A stretch of DNA of 64,000 bases from positions 724 to 64,723 of the forward strand of contig JBBQTO010000001.1 of assembly GCA_038234575.1 (NCBI GenBank). Direction: 5' to 3'. Numbering within the stretch: the stretch's first letter is position 1; every line of letters begins with the position of its first letter. A model generated the notes under the pieces. That model searched no databases. It saw only the letters and a program-made list of their open reading frames with translations, and was not told the origin of the DNA. Below are positions 27,185 through 37,799 of this stretch, piece after piece. The DNA comes from Candidatus Limnocylindrales bacterium (GTDB lineage: Bacteria > Chloroflexota > Limnocylindria > Limnocylindrales > CSP1-4). Made by a program: the position numbers and the translations under genes.

Positions 27185-28288
27185 GTGCAGATCGCGATCG
27201 TCGGGCTCACTGCGAGCGGCAAGACCACCGTCTTCAACACGCTGACCCGGGGCCACGCCGAGACCGGCGGCTTCGGTGCTATGACCCTGAACGTCGGCGT
27301 CGTGAAGGTCCCGGACATCCGGCTCGACCGGCTTGCCGAGATCTTCAGGCCCAAGAAAGTCGTCCAGGCGGACGTCACGTATGTCGACCTACCGGCACCC
27401 CCCGCGTCGACCGAGGGCCATGTCGGGACGGAGGAGTTACCCGCCGAGCACCTCGCGCGGCTCCGCGATTCGGATGCCCTGCTGCATGTGGTCCGTGCGT
27501 TCGAGAACGCGTCCGTCCCGCACCCGGAGGGATCGGTCGATGCGGCCCGGGACGTGGAGCGCCTCGACCTCGAATTCATCCTCGCCGACCTGGCGATGGT
27601 CGATCGGCGCGTCGAGCGCCTCACGGGCAGCGGCCGCCACGGGACCCAAGCCGAGCGGGACGCGAACGAGCGCGAGGCGACGATCCTGACCCGGATCCGG
27701 GAGGCGCTCAGCGCGGGCCGCCCGATCCGCGATCTCGGCCTCGACGACGAGGACGCGAAGGCGATCCGGGGCTTTCGCTTCCTGACCGAGAAGCCCGTCC
27801 TGGTGTTGTTGAACGTGGGCGAGGACGCCATCGCGAGCGCCGCCGATCTCGTGGCCAGCGTCGAGGCTGCGCATCCCCACCGCCAGACTCTCGTGGCCGC
27901 GCTGTCGGCGAAGATCGAGATGGAGCTCGGCGAGCTCGAGCCGGAGGAGGCGGCCGGGTTCATGAGCGAGCTCGGGATCGCCGAGTCTGGACTCGACCGG
28001 GTGATCGCCCTGTCCTACCAGCTGCTCGGGCTCATCTCGTTCCTGACGGCCGGCCCCGACGAGGTCCGGGCCTGGCCGATCCCGGACGGTTCCACCGCGG
28101 TCGACGCCGCGGCTGCGATTCATACGGACCTTGCGCGCGGCTTCATCCGCGCCGAGACGGTCGCTTACGAGGATCTGCTGACGCTCGGGTCGATGGCCGA
28201 GGCGCGGAAGGCAGGGCGCCTTCGCTCAGAGGGCAAGACCTACCGGGTCAAGGACGGCGACGTGCTGGAGATTCTCTTCAGCCGCTAG
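27185..28288 (+). CDS. ychF: Ribosome-binding ATPase YchF/OLA1 (Obg-family P-loop NTPase with C-terminal TGS domain)
   Basis: P-loop IAIVGLTASGKTTVFNTLT, G-domain, central coiled-coil insertion, C-terminal TGS-like YRVKDGDVLEILFS. 367 aa. Confidence 0.85.
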   Translation: MQIAIVGLTASGKTTVFNTLTRGHAETGGFGAMTLNVGVVKVPDIRLDRLAEIFRPKKVVQADVTYVDLPAPPASTEGHVGTEELPAEHLARLRDSDALLHVVRAFENASVPHPEGSVDAARDVERLDLEFILADLAMVDRRVERLTGSGRHGTQAERDANEREATILTRIREALSAGRPIRDLGLDDEDAKAIRGFRFLTEKPVLVLLNVGEDAIASAADLVASVEAAHPHRQTLVAALSAKIEMELGELEPEEAAGFMSELGIAESGLDRVIALSYQLLGLISFLTAGPDEVRAWPIPDGSTAVDAAAAIHTDLARGFIRAETVAYEDLLTLGSMAEARKAGRLRSEGKTYRVKDGDVLEILFSR

Positions 28289-28327
28289 GTGGGCGCCTGA
28301 CCCTTGCGCCGGCGGCGCTTGATGCGC

Positions 28328-28684
28328 CTAGTTCAACTCGTCGGTGACGTCGTCGTCGACGTTCAGCTTCGCGAACAGCGTACGGAACTCAGCGCTCTCG
28401 GCGATCTCGTCGTCGACGGCGATCAGGCGGTTCTCCGCCTCGATCGGCGACACGTGGACCGAAGCTTCGAGGCGGGCATCCGAGACGAACGTCAAGCCAT
28501 GCTCGCGCTCGAGCTCGCGGGCGATCGCCTCGATCAGGGTATCGTCCTCGTAGGTCGGCTGGACCTGCTGACGAACCGCCTGGACGAGCTCGTAGAAGTC
28601 CTCGGGATCCATCTGGTCCTCGCTGGCGAGGAGCAGGTCCGAGAAGACCTCCTCGTCGCCCTCGTGAAGCTCATAGAAATACAC
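28328..28684 (-). CDS. Hypothetical small acidic protein (118 aa)
   Basis: Minus-strand ORF in a 460-bp gap between ychF and pfkB. Highly acidic (about 28% D+E) with no TM. No recognised motif. Lying in a genuine intergenic gap argues for a real gene. Confidence 0.45.
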   Translation of the reverse strand: MYFYELHEGDEEVFSDLLLASEDQMDPEDFYELVQAVRQQVQPTYEDDTLIEAIARELEREHGLTFVSDARLEASVHVSPIEAENRLIAVDDEIAESAEFRTLFAKLNVDDDVTDELN

Positions 28685-28744
28685 GGTCGACTCCGAAGGG
28701 GAGGAATGGGGACTGCAGGATACACCCGAGCTTCCTGACGACCC

Positions 28745-28768
28745 GGTCGTGGTCGTGGTCGTGGTCGG
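28745..28768. repeat. Hexanucleotide tandem repeat (GGTCGT)x3 plus GGTCGG at the pfkB 5' end, encoding a poly-Val run
   Basis: Seen directly: ggtcgtggtcgtggtcgtggtcgg. In frame (6-nt unit), so copy-number change would add or remove Val-Val. Confidence 0.6.
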
Positions 28769-29666
28769 CGCCGCCTCGCGAGACCTTGCCGCCGACGATC
28801 CCCGAGGTTGGCGGCTCGGCGGCGCCGTGACCTACGCCGCGCTCACCCTGGCGCGACTCGGGCTGCACGCCCGGGCCCTGGTCGGTGTCGACGTGATCGC
28901 CTCGGAGGCCCATGAGCTCCACCTGCTCCGAGCTGAGGGCGTCGATGTGGTTCTCGCCCGCCTCGATCGCGCGCCGGTCTTCGAGAACATCGAATCTGCC
29001 AGCGGACGCGTGCAAGTGTGTGTCTCGGAATCCGATCGGATCCCTGTCGCGGCGCTGCCGGGCGCCTGGAGTCGCGTGCCGGCTTGGATGCTCGTCCCGG
29101 TTGCCGCCGAGATGGGTCCCGAGTGGGCGGCCGTACCCGACGCGAGCGCGTTCGTGGCCGTCGGCTGGCAGGGCATGCTGCGGACCCTGGTGGCCGGCGA
29201 GATCGTCCGGCGGCGCGAGCCGACGCGGACCGAGCTCGTCACGCGGGCGAATCTGATCGGGCTGAGCCGCGACGACCTTGGGCCCGGGACCGCGCCGTCC
29301 GACCTGCTTCGCATGATCGAGACCCGGGCCGAGCTCGTCGTGACCGAAAGCGATCGCGGCGGGTCCATCTCGGCTCCGGGTTCCAACGAGGACGGCCGAC
29401 GCTCGGTGCGTCGCTACCGGGCGCTCCGATCCGACGGCCCCGTGGACCCGACCGGTGCCGGAGACGTATTCCTCGCCGCGATCCTTGCAGCGAGAATCGA
29501 TCCGTCCTTGATCGTGGCCGGCCCGTCTGGCCGTGGGTCCGACATCCGGTTCGCCGCCGCCGCCGCGTCACTCGCGATCGAGCGCCCGGGCCTCGCCGGC
29601 GTTCCCCGGCTCGACGACGTACTGCGCCGGATGCGACGGCGCTCGAGTCGCACCGCGATCGCCTGA
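28749..29666 (+). CDS. PfkB-family carbohydrate/nucleoside kinase (ribokinase-like)
   Basis: N-terminal GG-like region (VVVGAASRDL..LGGAVTYAALTLARLG) and C-terminal anion-hole/catalytic motif DPTGAGDVFLAAILAARID. GTG start. Confidence 0.75.
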   Translation: MVVVVVGAASRDLAADDPRGWRLGGAVTYAALTLARLGLHARALVGVDVIASEAHELHLLRAEGVDVVLARLDRAPVFENIESASGRVQVCVSESDRIPVAALPGAWSRVPAWMLVPVAAEMGPEWAAVPDASAFVAVGWQGMLRTLVAGEIVRRREPTRTELVTRANLIGLSRDDLGPGTAPSDLLRMIETRAELVVTESDRGGSISAPGSNEDGRRSVRRYRALRSDGPVDPTGAGDVFLAAILAARIDPSLIVAGPSGRGSDIRFAAAAASLAIERPGLAGVPRLDDVLRRMRRRSSRTAIA

Positions 29667-31054
29667 GCCCGAAGCACGCGCAGCCGCAACCGCGCGAGCC
29701 GCCGGGCGAGCTCCGACTCCAGCCGCGGCAGCCGTCGCCCGAGCCGCGCTTGCCGCTCGACGACGGACGCCGCGATCGACGCGGCTTCAAGGGCTCCATC
29801 CGGATCCCGGAGCTGGTGCTCCCGCAGCTTGGCGACCTCAATCCAGGCGAGCGCAGCGAGCGTCCCGCCGGCCGCGACGAGCTCCGTCCAAGCCGTTTCG
29901 GCGTCGCGGCTGCGCCCGAGACGACGGAGGAGGCGGGCTCGCTCGCCGAGCAGGCGACTTTCGGTCCACGGCGCGTCGCGTCGGACGGGATCCGGGGCCG
30001 GCCAGGAGTGGGGCAGGGCATAGCGGCCTGGGCGGCCACCGAAATCGGGCCGATGGCGGGGCGACCACCACGGACCCTCGTCGTCGGAGTCCGCGTGGTA
30101 GGCCACGGCCGGTCCGACGTCTCGAACGAGCGCCGGTCCCGCCTCCCGCTGCAAGCGCGCTCCCGCGATCGCCGATTCCAGGCAGGCGAGTGCCTCCTCG
30201 TGGCGGCCCGCGCCCGCATACGCCCTCGCCAGGCCTGCGAGATCACCCGCGGGCGCTTCCGCCCAGCGCGCGCCGTCGGCATAGCCACGGTCGACATGGA
30301 CGAGCAGTCGAGCGAGGGAGCGGACGTCCTCGTCGTTGTGGCGGACCACAGCCAGCAGCGCCGCCGGCTCCCCGAACCGGAGGAACTCGAGGTATCGGGC
30401 CGGGATCTCCCAGCCGCCGACATCCGCATGGCGGCGCAGGCCCAGGAGCACCGACTCAACCGTCCCGAGGCGGGCATCAGGCATTCGATGCCGGAACACC
30501 CGGCGGACGAGCGGCAGCAGGTCGAGATGGCCCGCATGCAGCGGCGGGCTCTCGCGGGCGAGCCTGTAGCGGGCCACCAAGAGCGGCCAGTCGAAGCCGC
30601 GGCCGTTGTACGTGACGAGCCAGGCGTTCGGCGCGATATGGCTCGACAGCTCCGCGAGGAGCGCCGGCTCGTCGGCGTGGTCCGGGAGCAGGAGCTGGAC
30701 CTGCCGGAAGCGGCTCCCTTCCCACCACCCGAGACCGACGAGGAATGCCAGCGTCCCGGCCGCCGTCGCGAGGCCCGTGGTCTCAGTGTCGAGGCAGAGG
30801 AGGGGAGCGCCCGGCGGCGGCTGGCCCGGGAGTCGCGACAGCCGCTCGCGATCCAGGGGCAGCAACGTCGACGGAGCCTCGACGCGGACGAAACAGCCAC
30901 GCGGCGTCCGGACGAGCTCGCCGTCCAGCTCGGCGGCGAGCCGCTCCGCGGCGGCGGAAGAGCGGCGGACCCGTTCGGCCGGATCGACCGCCGGGCGGGT
31001 GACCAGTCCCTGGCGGAAGTTCGCGAAGCGCCGGTCGAGCCCGATGGCGCTCAT
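29414..31054 (-). CDS. mrfB: RNase H-like (DEDD) exonuclease with helical/TPR-like C-terminal region, MrfB (YprB)-like
   Basis: Exo motif I LCLDTETTGL, then ..LVTYNGRGFDWPLL.. (motif II) and ..VRHNDEDV (motif III-like). The start overlaps the stop of the upstream DEAH helicase gene (ATGA). The last roughly 85 codons are low-complexity and overlap the convergent pfkB 3' end by 253 bp, so the true C-terminus is questionable. Confidence 0.65.
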   Translation of the reverse strand: MSAIGLDRRFANFRQGLVTRPAVDPAERVRRSSAAAERLAAELDGELVRTPRGCFVRVEAPSTLLPLDRERLSRLPGQPPPGAPLLCLDTETTGLATAAGTLAFLVGLGWWEGSRFRQVQLLLPDHADEPALLAELSSHIAPNAWLVTYNGRGFDWPLLVARYRLARESPPLHAGHLDLLPLVRRVFRHRMPDARLGTVESVLLGLRRHADVGGWEIPARYLEFLRFGEPAALLAVVRHNDEDVRSLARLLVHVDRGYADGARWAEAPAGDLAGLARAYAGAGRHEEALACLESAIAGARLQREAGPALVRDVGPAVAYHADSDDEGPWWSPRHRPDFGGRPGRYALPHSWPAPDPVRRDAPWTESRLLGERARLLRRLGRSRDAETAWTELVAAGGTLAALAWIEVAKLREHQLRDPDGALEAASIAASVVERQARLGRRLPRLESELARRLARLRLRVLRAQAIAVRLERRRIRRSTSSSRGTPARPGRSIASDAAAAANRMSDPRPDGPATIKDGSILAARIAARNTSPAPVGSTGPSDRSAR

Positions 31055-33423
31055 GCCGGCGCGGCCACCGGCGCCCCGGCGACGTCCGTCTCCACCGCGA
31101 CGCCCGAGTCCCGTGGGTCTCCCCCTGCTCGGTCACCGCGAGCGTCAGGGTCGAGCGCCGCCAAGAGGCGCAGGGCGAGCGCCTTGGCGTCAACGGCCGG
31201 ATCGAGCCGCGGACCGGTGCACGCCGGGCAGCCGCTGTCGCAGCCGCAGGCCTCGATGAGGTCCCGCGCGCCGGCGACGAGCTCGTCGTGCCTGCCGAAG
31301 AGCCGCTCCGAGAGGCCCACGCCGCCGGGGACCGCCTCGTACAGATAGATCGTCGGCGATTCCTGGTGCGGCGAGCGAACCTGCGTGACCAGGCCCAGAT
31401 CCCGCGGATCGACCATCAGCAGGACGGCCGCGACCGCTTGGATCGCGCGACCCGTGCCGATCAAGGCGACATCGAGCTCGTCCCGGCGCCAGCCGGTGGC
31501 GGCCGCCTCGGCGGTGAGCCAATAGGCCGTCGTCTGGAGCTCGAGCTCGGGCAGCTCGATCGGCCCCCAGCCGACGTTCTCGTCGGTGCCGAACTTGAGC
31601 TTCTTGAAGAGGGTCACGAGGCTCGCGACCATCACCTCGCCATGGACGCGCCGGCCACCGCGCGCGTCGGCGGTGGCGAACACGTCGAGGGGCTTGAGGG
31701 TCACCGCCCGGTTGGCGTATGTGTAGTAGTCGACGTCGACCCGTCGGACGTAGGCCTTCCGCTCGCCCCAGTCGAGCCGATCCACGTGGTACTGGGTGCT
31801 GTCGTGGAGGTAGATCGCCTGGGTGTGGACGAGAACCTGGGCCGAGAACAGGTCGACCTCGCCGATGACCCGCGGGCGGTCCGGTGTGGTGTCGATGATC
31901 ACGACGTTCTCGGGCGCGGCCGCCCGCAGGCTCACCTCGGATGCCGGGAAGTTCTCCGAGCTCCAGTACCACCGACCATCCGCGGACTGGCGGACGTGGC
32001 CCTCCTCGCCGATGAAGGCGAGCAGGTCGTCGGCGGGGCCCGGGCCGAAGGCCTCGCCCGGGTCGAAGGGCCGTTCGAACGTCGCGCAACGGAGGTGGGC
32101 CAGGAGCACGTGGAGGTTGTCCGGATCGAGCCGCGCCTCCTCGGGGCTGCCCTCGAGGAGGAACTCGGGATGGTGGATGACGTACTGGTCGACGGGCGAG
32201 CCCGAGGCGACGAGGATCCCGACGCTGGTCTCGCCGCGGCGCCCTGCCCGGCCGAGCTGTTGCCACGTCCCGGCGATCGAGCCCGGATAGCCCGCGAGCA
32301 CCGAGACATCGAGGGCCCCGATATCGACCCCGAGCTCGAGGGCGTTCGTAGAGACAACGCCGAGGACCTCGCCGTCGCGGAGCCCCCGCTCGATCGCTCG
32401 ACGCTCGGTCGGCAGGTAACCGCCGCGATAGCCGCGGATTCGTGAGCGCGGGCCCAGATGCTCCCGGAGAGACTCGCGAAGGCCTGTCAGGATGATCTCG
32501 ACCGCGACGCGCGCCCGCCCGAAAACGATCGTCTGACGGCCGGCGCGCAGGAACGGCAGCGCCCAGCGCTGGGCATGCGTCAGCGCGGAGCCGCGCGCGC
32601 CTGTCGCCTGGTCCAGGAGGGGTGGATCGACGAGCAGGACGTGCCGCTCGCCTGCCGGGGCGCCGTTGCGATCGATCAATCGGGACGTCCGCCCGGTGAG
32701 CTGGGCGGCGAGGTCGGCCGGGTTCCCGATCGTGGCCGACGCGCAGACGATGATCGGGTTCGAGCCATAGTGATGGCACAGCCGGAGCAGGCGACGCAGC
32801 ACGTTCGCGACGTGGCTCCCGAACACGCCGCGGTACACGTGCAGCTCGTCGATGACGATGACCTGGACCTGCTCGAAGAGCTGGAACCACTTCGTGTGAT
32901 GGGGCAGGATCGCCGAGTGGAGCATGTCCGGGTTCGTGACGACGACCTGGCCAGCGCTCCGGATCGCCGACCGGATCGGGGCCGGCGTGTCGCCGTCGTA
33001 CGTCGCAGCGGCCACCTGCAGATCGCTCGCCCGGGCGAGCCCGGCGAACTCCGCGACCTGGTCCTGGCCAAGCGCCTTGGTCGGGAAGAGGAAGAGCGCT
33101 CGCGCCGAGGGATCGACGGCCAGCGCCTGCAGGACCGGCAGCATGTAGCAGAGGGTCTTGCCCGACGCAGTCGGCGTGACGACGACGATGTCCTCGCCGC
33201 GATGGACCGCCTCGATCGCCTCCGCCTGGTGGGCATAGAGCGAGGTGATCCCGCGACCCTCGAGACCGCGCACGATCCGCGGATCCAGCCATTCCGGGAA
33301 CGGCGCCATCACGGCCTCGCGCGCCGGCAGGACCGCGTGGTGCAGCACGGCATTCGCCATCGACGGCTCGTCGAGCAGCCGGCTCAGGACCGCTTCGGTG
33401 GTGGCCGGCGCATAGGTCCGCAT
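31051..33423 (-). CDS. mrfA: DEAD/DEAH-box helicase with C-terminal DUF1998 four-Cys zinc domain, MrfA (YprA)-like
   Basis: Motif I VVTPTASGKTLCY, motif II VIVIDELHVYRG, motif III region; RecA2 domain ..LVASGSPVDQY..; C-terminal CGCDSGCPAC (DUF1998). ATG at 33423 (MRTYAP..) with GAGG 6 nt upstream. The ORF-track start at 33537 is probably an over-extension. Confidence 0.8.
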   Translation of the reverse strand: MRTYAPATTEAVLSRLLDEPSMANAVLHHAVLPAREAVMAPFPEWLDPRIVRGLEGRGITSLYAHQAEAIEAVHRGEDIVVVTPTASGKTLCYMLPVLQALAVDPSARALFLFPTKALGQDQVAEFAGLARASDLQVAAATYDGDTPAPIRSAIRSAGQVVVTNPDMLHSAILPHHTKWFQLFEQVQVIVIDELHVYRGVFGSHVANVLRRLLRLCHHYGSNPIIVCASATIGNPADLAAQLTGRTSRLIDRNGAPAGERHVLLVDPPLLDQATGARGSALTHAQRWALPFLRAGRQTIVFGRARVAVEIILTGLRESLREHLGPRSRIRGYRGGYLPTERRAIERGLRDGEVLGVVSTNALELGVDIGALDVSVLAGYPGSIAGTWQQLGRAGRRGETSVGILVASGSPVDQYVIHHPEFLLEGSPEEARLDPDNLHVLLAHLRCATFERPFDPGEAFGPGPADDLLAFIGEEGHVRQSADGRWYWSSENFPASEVSLRAAAPENVVIIDTTPDRPRVIGEVDLFSAQVLVHTQAIYLHDSTQYHVDRLDWGERKAYVRRVDVDYYTYANRAVTLKPLDVFATADARGGRRVHGEVMVASLVTLFKKLKFGTDENVGWGPIELPELELQTTAYWLTAEAAATGWRRDELDVALIGTGRAIQAVAAVLLMVDPRDLGLVTQVRSPHQESPTIYLYEAVPGGVGLSERLFGRHDELVAGARDLIEACGCDSGCPACTGPRLDPAVDAKALALRLLAALDPDARGDRAGGDPRDSGVAVETDVAGAPVAAPA

Positions 33424-33488
33424 CGCATGCCTCGATAGAGAACGCCCGTTCTGTTTCGGGGAGTGTAGCGCCAGCGTTACGGCGCGAT

Positions 33489-33537
33489 GTGTCAACTCGG
33501 CTGCCACAACCCGCAGCACGGCTCCGGCGGTTGACAC
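33489..33537. promoter_or_regulatory. Inverted repeat GTGTCAAC-N33-GTTGACAC in the divergent mrfA / ftsB-like intergenic region; contains a TTGACA hexamer
   Basis: Seen directly: gtgtcaac (33489-33496) and gttgacac (33530-33537) are exact reverse complements. TTGACA at 33531-33536 is followed 15-19 bp later by tagctact (candidate -10). Lies 66-114 bp upstream of the mrfA ATG on the other strand. Confidence 0.3.
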
Positions 33538-33740
33538 GGCCCCTGACCCGTAGCTACTCTCGCTGGATGCCGGCCCCCAGCCCGAAGGACACGCGCGACG
33601 TCAGCGCGATCCCGGCATTCCGGCGCCTGCCGTCCGCATCTCCGAAGGCCGACTCCGGCACCTGCCGGCGAGCGAAGCGCGCAGCCGGGGAGGCCAAGGC
33701 GAAGCCCGGCATCACCGCGGCAGAGACCGCAAGACCCGAC

Positions 33741-34163
33741 ATGGGCGGCCGCCCGCCACTCGACCCCGCCTCGCTGCCACTGCCCGGCCTGTCCCGCCGG
33801 CGCCTCGCGACCGTAGCCGCGGTCATCGTGGCCGCGTGGTTTGTCCTCGCGTTCGGACGCCAGGTCGGCGACGCGACGGCGGCCTCGACCCGGGCCGATG
33901 ACCTCCGTGCCGCCAACGCGGCGCTCCGGGAGGACGTCTCGACGCTCCAGCAGGACCTGGCCAGCGTCCAGGACGGCCGGTTCATCCGGCTCCAGGGTCG
34001 AGCGTTTGGCCTTGGCGGGCCGGGTGAGATTCCCTTCACCCTCGGCGCTGATGCGTCGCCACTCGCGGCCGACGCGCCGGGGTCCGCCGCGGTCCGGCTC
34101 GGCGCGGTCCACGACCGACGGTCCTCGCTCGAGGTCTGGCTCTCGACGATCTTCGGGGGCTGA
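33741..34163 (+). CDS. Septum formation initiator family protein (FtsB/DivIC-like)
   Basis: Internal ATG (MGGRPPLD..) in ORF 33489..34163. Single TM (LATVAAVIVAAWFVLAF), a coiled-coil (LRAANAALREDVSTLQQDLASV), then the family-typical ..FIRLQGRAFGLGGPGEIPF. The ORF-track start at 33489 lies inside the inverted repeat and is unlikely. Confidence 0.6.
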   Translation: MGGRPPLDPASLPLPGLSRRRLATVAAVIVAAWFVLAFGRQVGDATAASTRADDLRAANAALREDVSTLQQDLASVQDGRFIRLQGRAFGLGGPGEIPFTLGADASPLAADAPGSAAVRLGAVHDRRSSLEVWLSTIFGG

Positions 34164-34203
34164 CGGGCCGTCGAGTCCCGACCCGGTACCATTCCTCGCC
34201 CGT

Positions 34204-34278
34204 GGCTGGGTAGCTCAGTGGTAGAGCAAGCGGCTCATAATCGCTAGGTCACAGGTTCGAGTCCTGTCCCAGCTACCA
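34204..34278 (+). tRNA. tRNA-Met (anticodon CAT), 3' CCA encoded; elongator type, or possibly tRNA-Ile2 (lysidine)
   Basis: GGCTGGGTAGCTCAGTGGTAGAGCAAGCGGCTCATAATCGCTAGGTCACAGGTTCGAGTCCTGTCCCAGCTACCA. Cloverleaf: 7-bp acceptor stem (G1-U72 wobble), D-arm GCTC/GAGC, anticodon stem AGCGG/TCGCT, loop CTCATAA (CAT at positions 34-36), T-arm CAGGT/TCCTG with TTCGAGT loop. Not initiator-like (no 3xGC in the anticodon stem). Confidence 0.85.
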
Positions 34279-34435
34279 ATCCCTGTCGCACCATCCGAGG
34301 CAGGGTCTACCGCGTATCCCTGACGAATACCGCCAGCACCGCGCCGACCGTCTCAGAGGACTCCAAGAACCCCACCGCTATACTCGCCACAGGGGACGGC
34401 TTCAGCGTTCGGCCGTCCCGATCCGGAGGCGCTCC

Positions 34436-36397
<1,962 letters not shown>

Positions 36398-36401
36398 TCC
36401 G

Positions 36402-37799
36402 CTGACCGACGCAGCCGTCGAGGCGCACCTCGACTCGACGCTCGAGGCCCGTCACGCCTCGTATCTCGAGCTGCTCCGGATCCCGTCGATCTCGGCCCTG
36501 CCCGAGCACGAGGGTGACATCCGTCGGGCGGCGGCGTGGATCGTCGCCGAGCTCACTCGGATTGGCTTCGAGCAGGCCGAGGCCGCAGAGACCGAGGGCT
36601 ACCCGATCGTGTATGCCGACTGGCTGCACGCCGACGGCGCCCCGACCATCCTCGTCTATTGCCACTACGACGTGCAGCCGGTCGACCCGCTGGACGAGTG
36701 GGAGACCGCGCCGTTCGAGCCGTTCATCCGGGACGGCCGAATGGTCGGTCGCGGCTCGGCCGACGATAAGGGCCAGCTCCACATGCACCTCCGCGCCGCG
36801 GAAGCCCTCCTGACCACACGGGGTCGCCTGCCCCTGAACCTCCGGATCGTGTTCGAGGGCGAGGAGGAGTCGAGCTCGGTGGGCCTTGCGGGCTGGCTCG
36901 AGGCCAATCGGAAGCGCCTGCAGGCGGACGCCGTGATCATCAGCGACACCGGCTTCCTCGAGGGCAATCGGCCGGCGCTCACCATGGGACTCCGGGGCCT
37001 GACCTACGTCCAGATCGATGTCTCGGGACCGTCGAGCGACGTCCATTCGGGCGGCTACGGCGGCGTCGTGGAGAACCCGGCGAACGCGCTCGCCCAGATC
37101 ATCGCGGCGCTCAAGGACCGCGACGGCGTCGTCCAGGTGCCCGGCTTCTACGACGACGTCGCGTCGTTGAGCCCGGAGCAGCGCGCGGAGATCGCCCAGA
37201 TCCCCCTCGACGAGGCGAACCTCCTCGAGGTGACCGGCGCGTCCGCCCTGGTCGGTGAGCGCGGCTACAGCGTGCTGGAGCGCCTCGGCTACCGCCCGAC
37301 GCTCGACGTCAACGGGATATGGGGTGGCTTCCAGGGCCACGGCTCCAAGACGATCATCCCCGGCAAGGCGCACGCGAAGGTCAGCTGCCGGCTCGTCCCG
37401 AACCAGGACCCGGACCGCGTCTTCGAGCTCCTCCGAGCCTGCGTCCTCGAGGTCGCGCCGCCGGGCGTCCACGTCGAGGTCACAAACCTCGGCGGCGGCC
37501 GCCCGACCGTCGTCAGCGCTGATCATCCGGTCGCGGTCGCCGCGCTTCGAGCGCTCGAGGCGACGTTCGGCGCGAAGCCGTACCTGATCCGCGGCGGCGG
37601 CTCGATCCCGGTGGCCGCGATGTTCGACTCGATTCTCGGGCTGCCACCCGTCATGCTGGGCTTCGCCAATCCGGACTCCCACGCCCACGCGCCAAACGAA
37701 TCGATGGTCCTCGACAACTACGAACGGGGGATTCGTACGATTTGCCGCCTGTGGGACGATCTCGCCACGATGACGCCAATGCGGGGGACAGCGACATGA
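36402..37799 (+). CDS. M20-family metallopeptidase (dipeptidase / ArgE-DapE-like)
   Basis: Metal-binding blocks: YCHYDVQP (His), GRGSADDKGQL (Asp), ..IVFEGEEESSSVG (Glu-Glu), ..HSGGYGG, and C-terminal ..NPDSHAHAPNE. The first canonical start is GTG at 36609. The open frame continues upstream to 36402 with conserved M20 N-terminal sequence (LTDAAVEAHLDSTLEARHASYLELLRIPSIS) but no ATG/GTG/TTG. The 5' coordinate is the frame-open limit, not a verified start. Confidence 0.75.
   Translation: MTDAAVEAHLDSTLEARHASYLELLRIPSISALPEHEGDIRRAAAWIVAELTRIGFEQAEAAETEGYPIVYADWLHADGAPTILVYCHYDVQPVDPLDEWETAPFEPFIRDGRMVGRGSADDKGQLHMHLRAAEALLTTRGRLPLNLRIVFEGEEESSSVGLAGWLEANRKRLQADAVIISDTGFLEGNRPALTMGLRGLTYVQIDVSGPSSDVHSGGYGGVVENPANALAQIIAALKDRDGVVQVPGFYDDVASLSPEQRAEIAQIPLDEANLLEVTGASALVGERGYSVLERLGYRPTLDVNGIWGGFQGHGSKTIIPGKAHAKVSCRLVPNQDPDRVFELLRACVLEVAPPGVHVEVTNLGGGRPTVVSADHPVAVAALRALEATFGAKPYLIRGGGSIPVAAMFDSILGLPPVMLGFANPDSHAHAPNESMVLDNYERGIRTICRLWDDLATMTPMRGTAT

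Noticed and set aside
34204-34278. tRNA-Met as a genomic-island insertion site
   Set aside because: Flanked by the FtsB-like gene and ftsH (core). No integrase, no duplicated 3' tRNA fragment, no compositional shift visible nearby.
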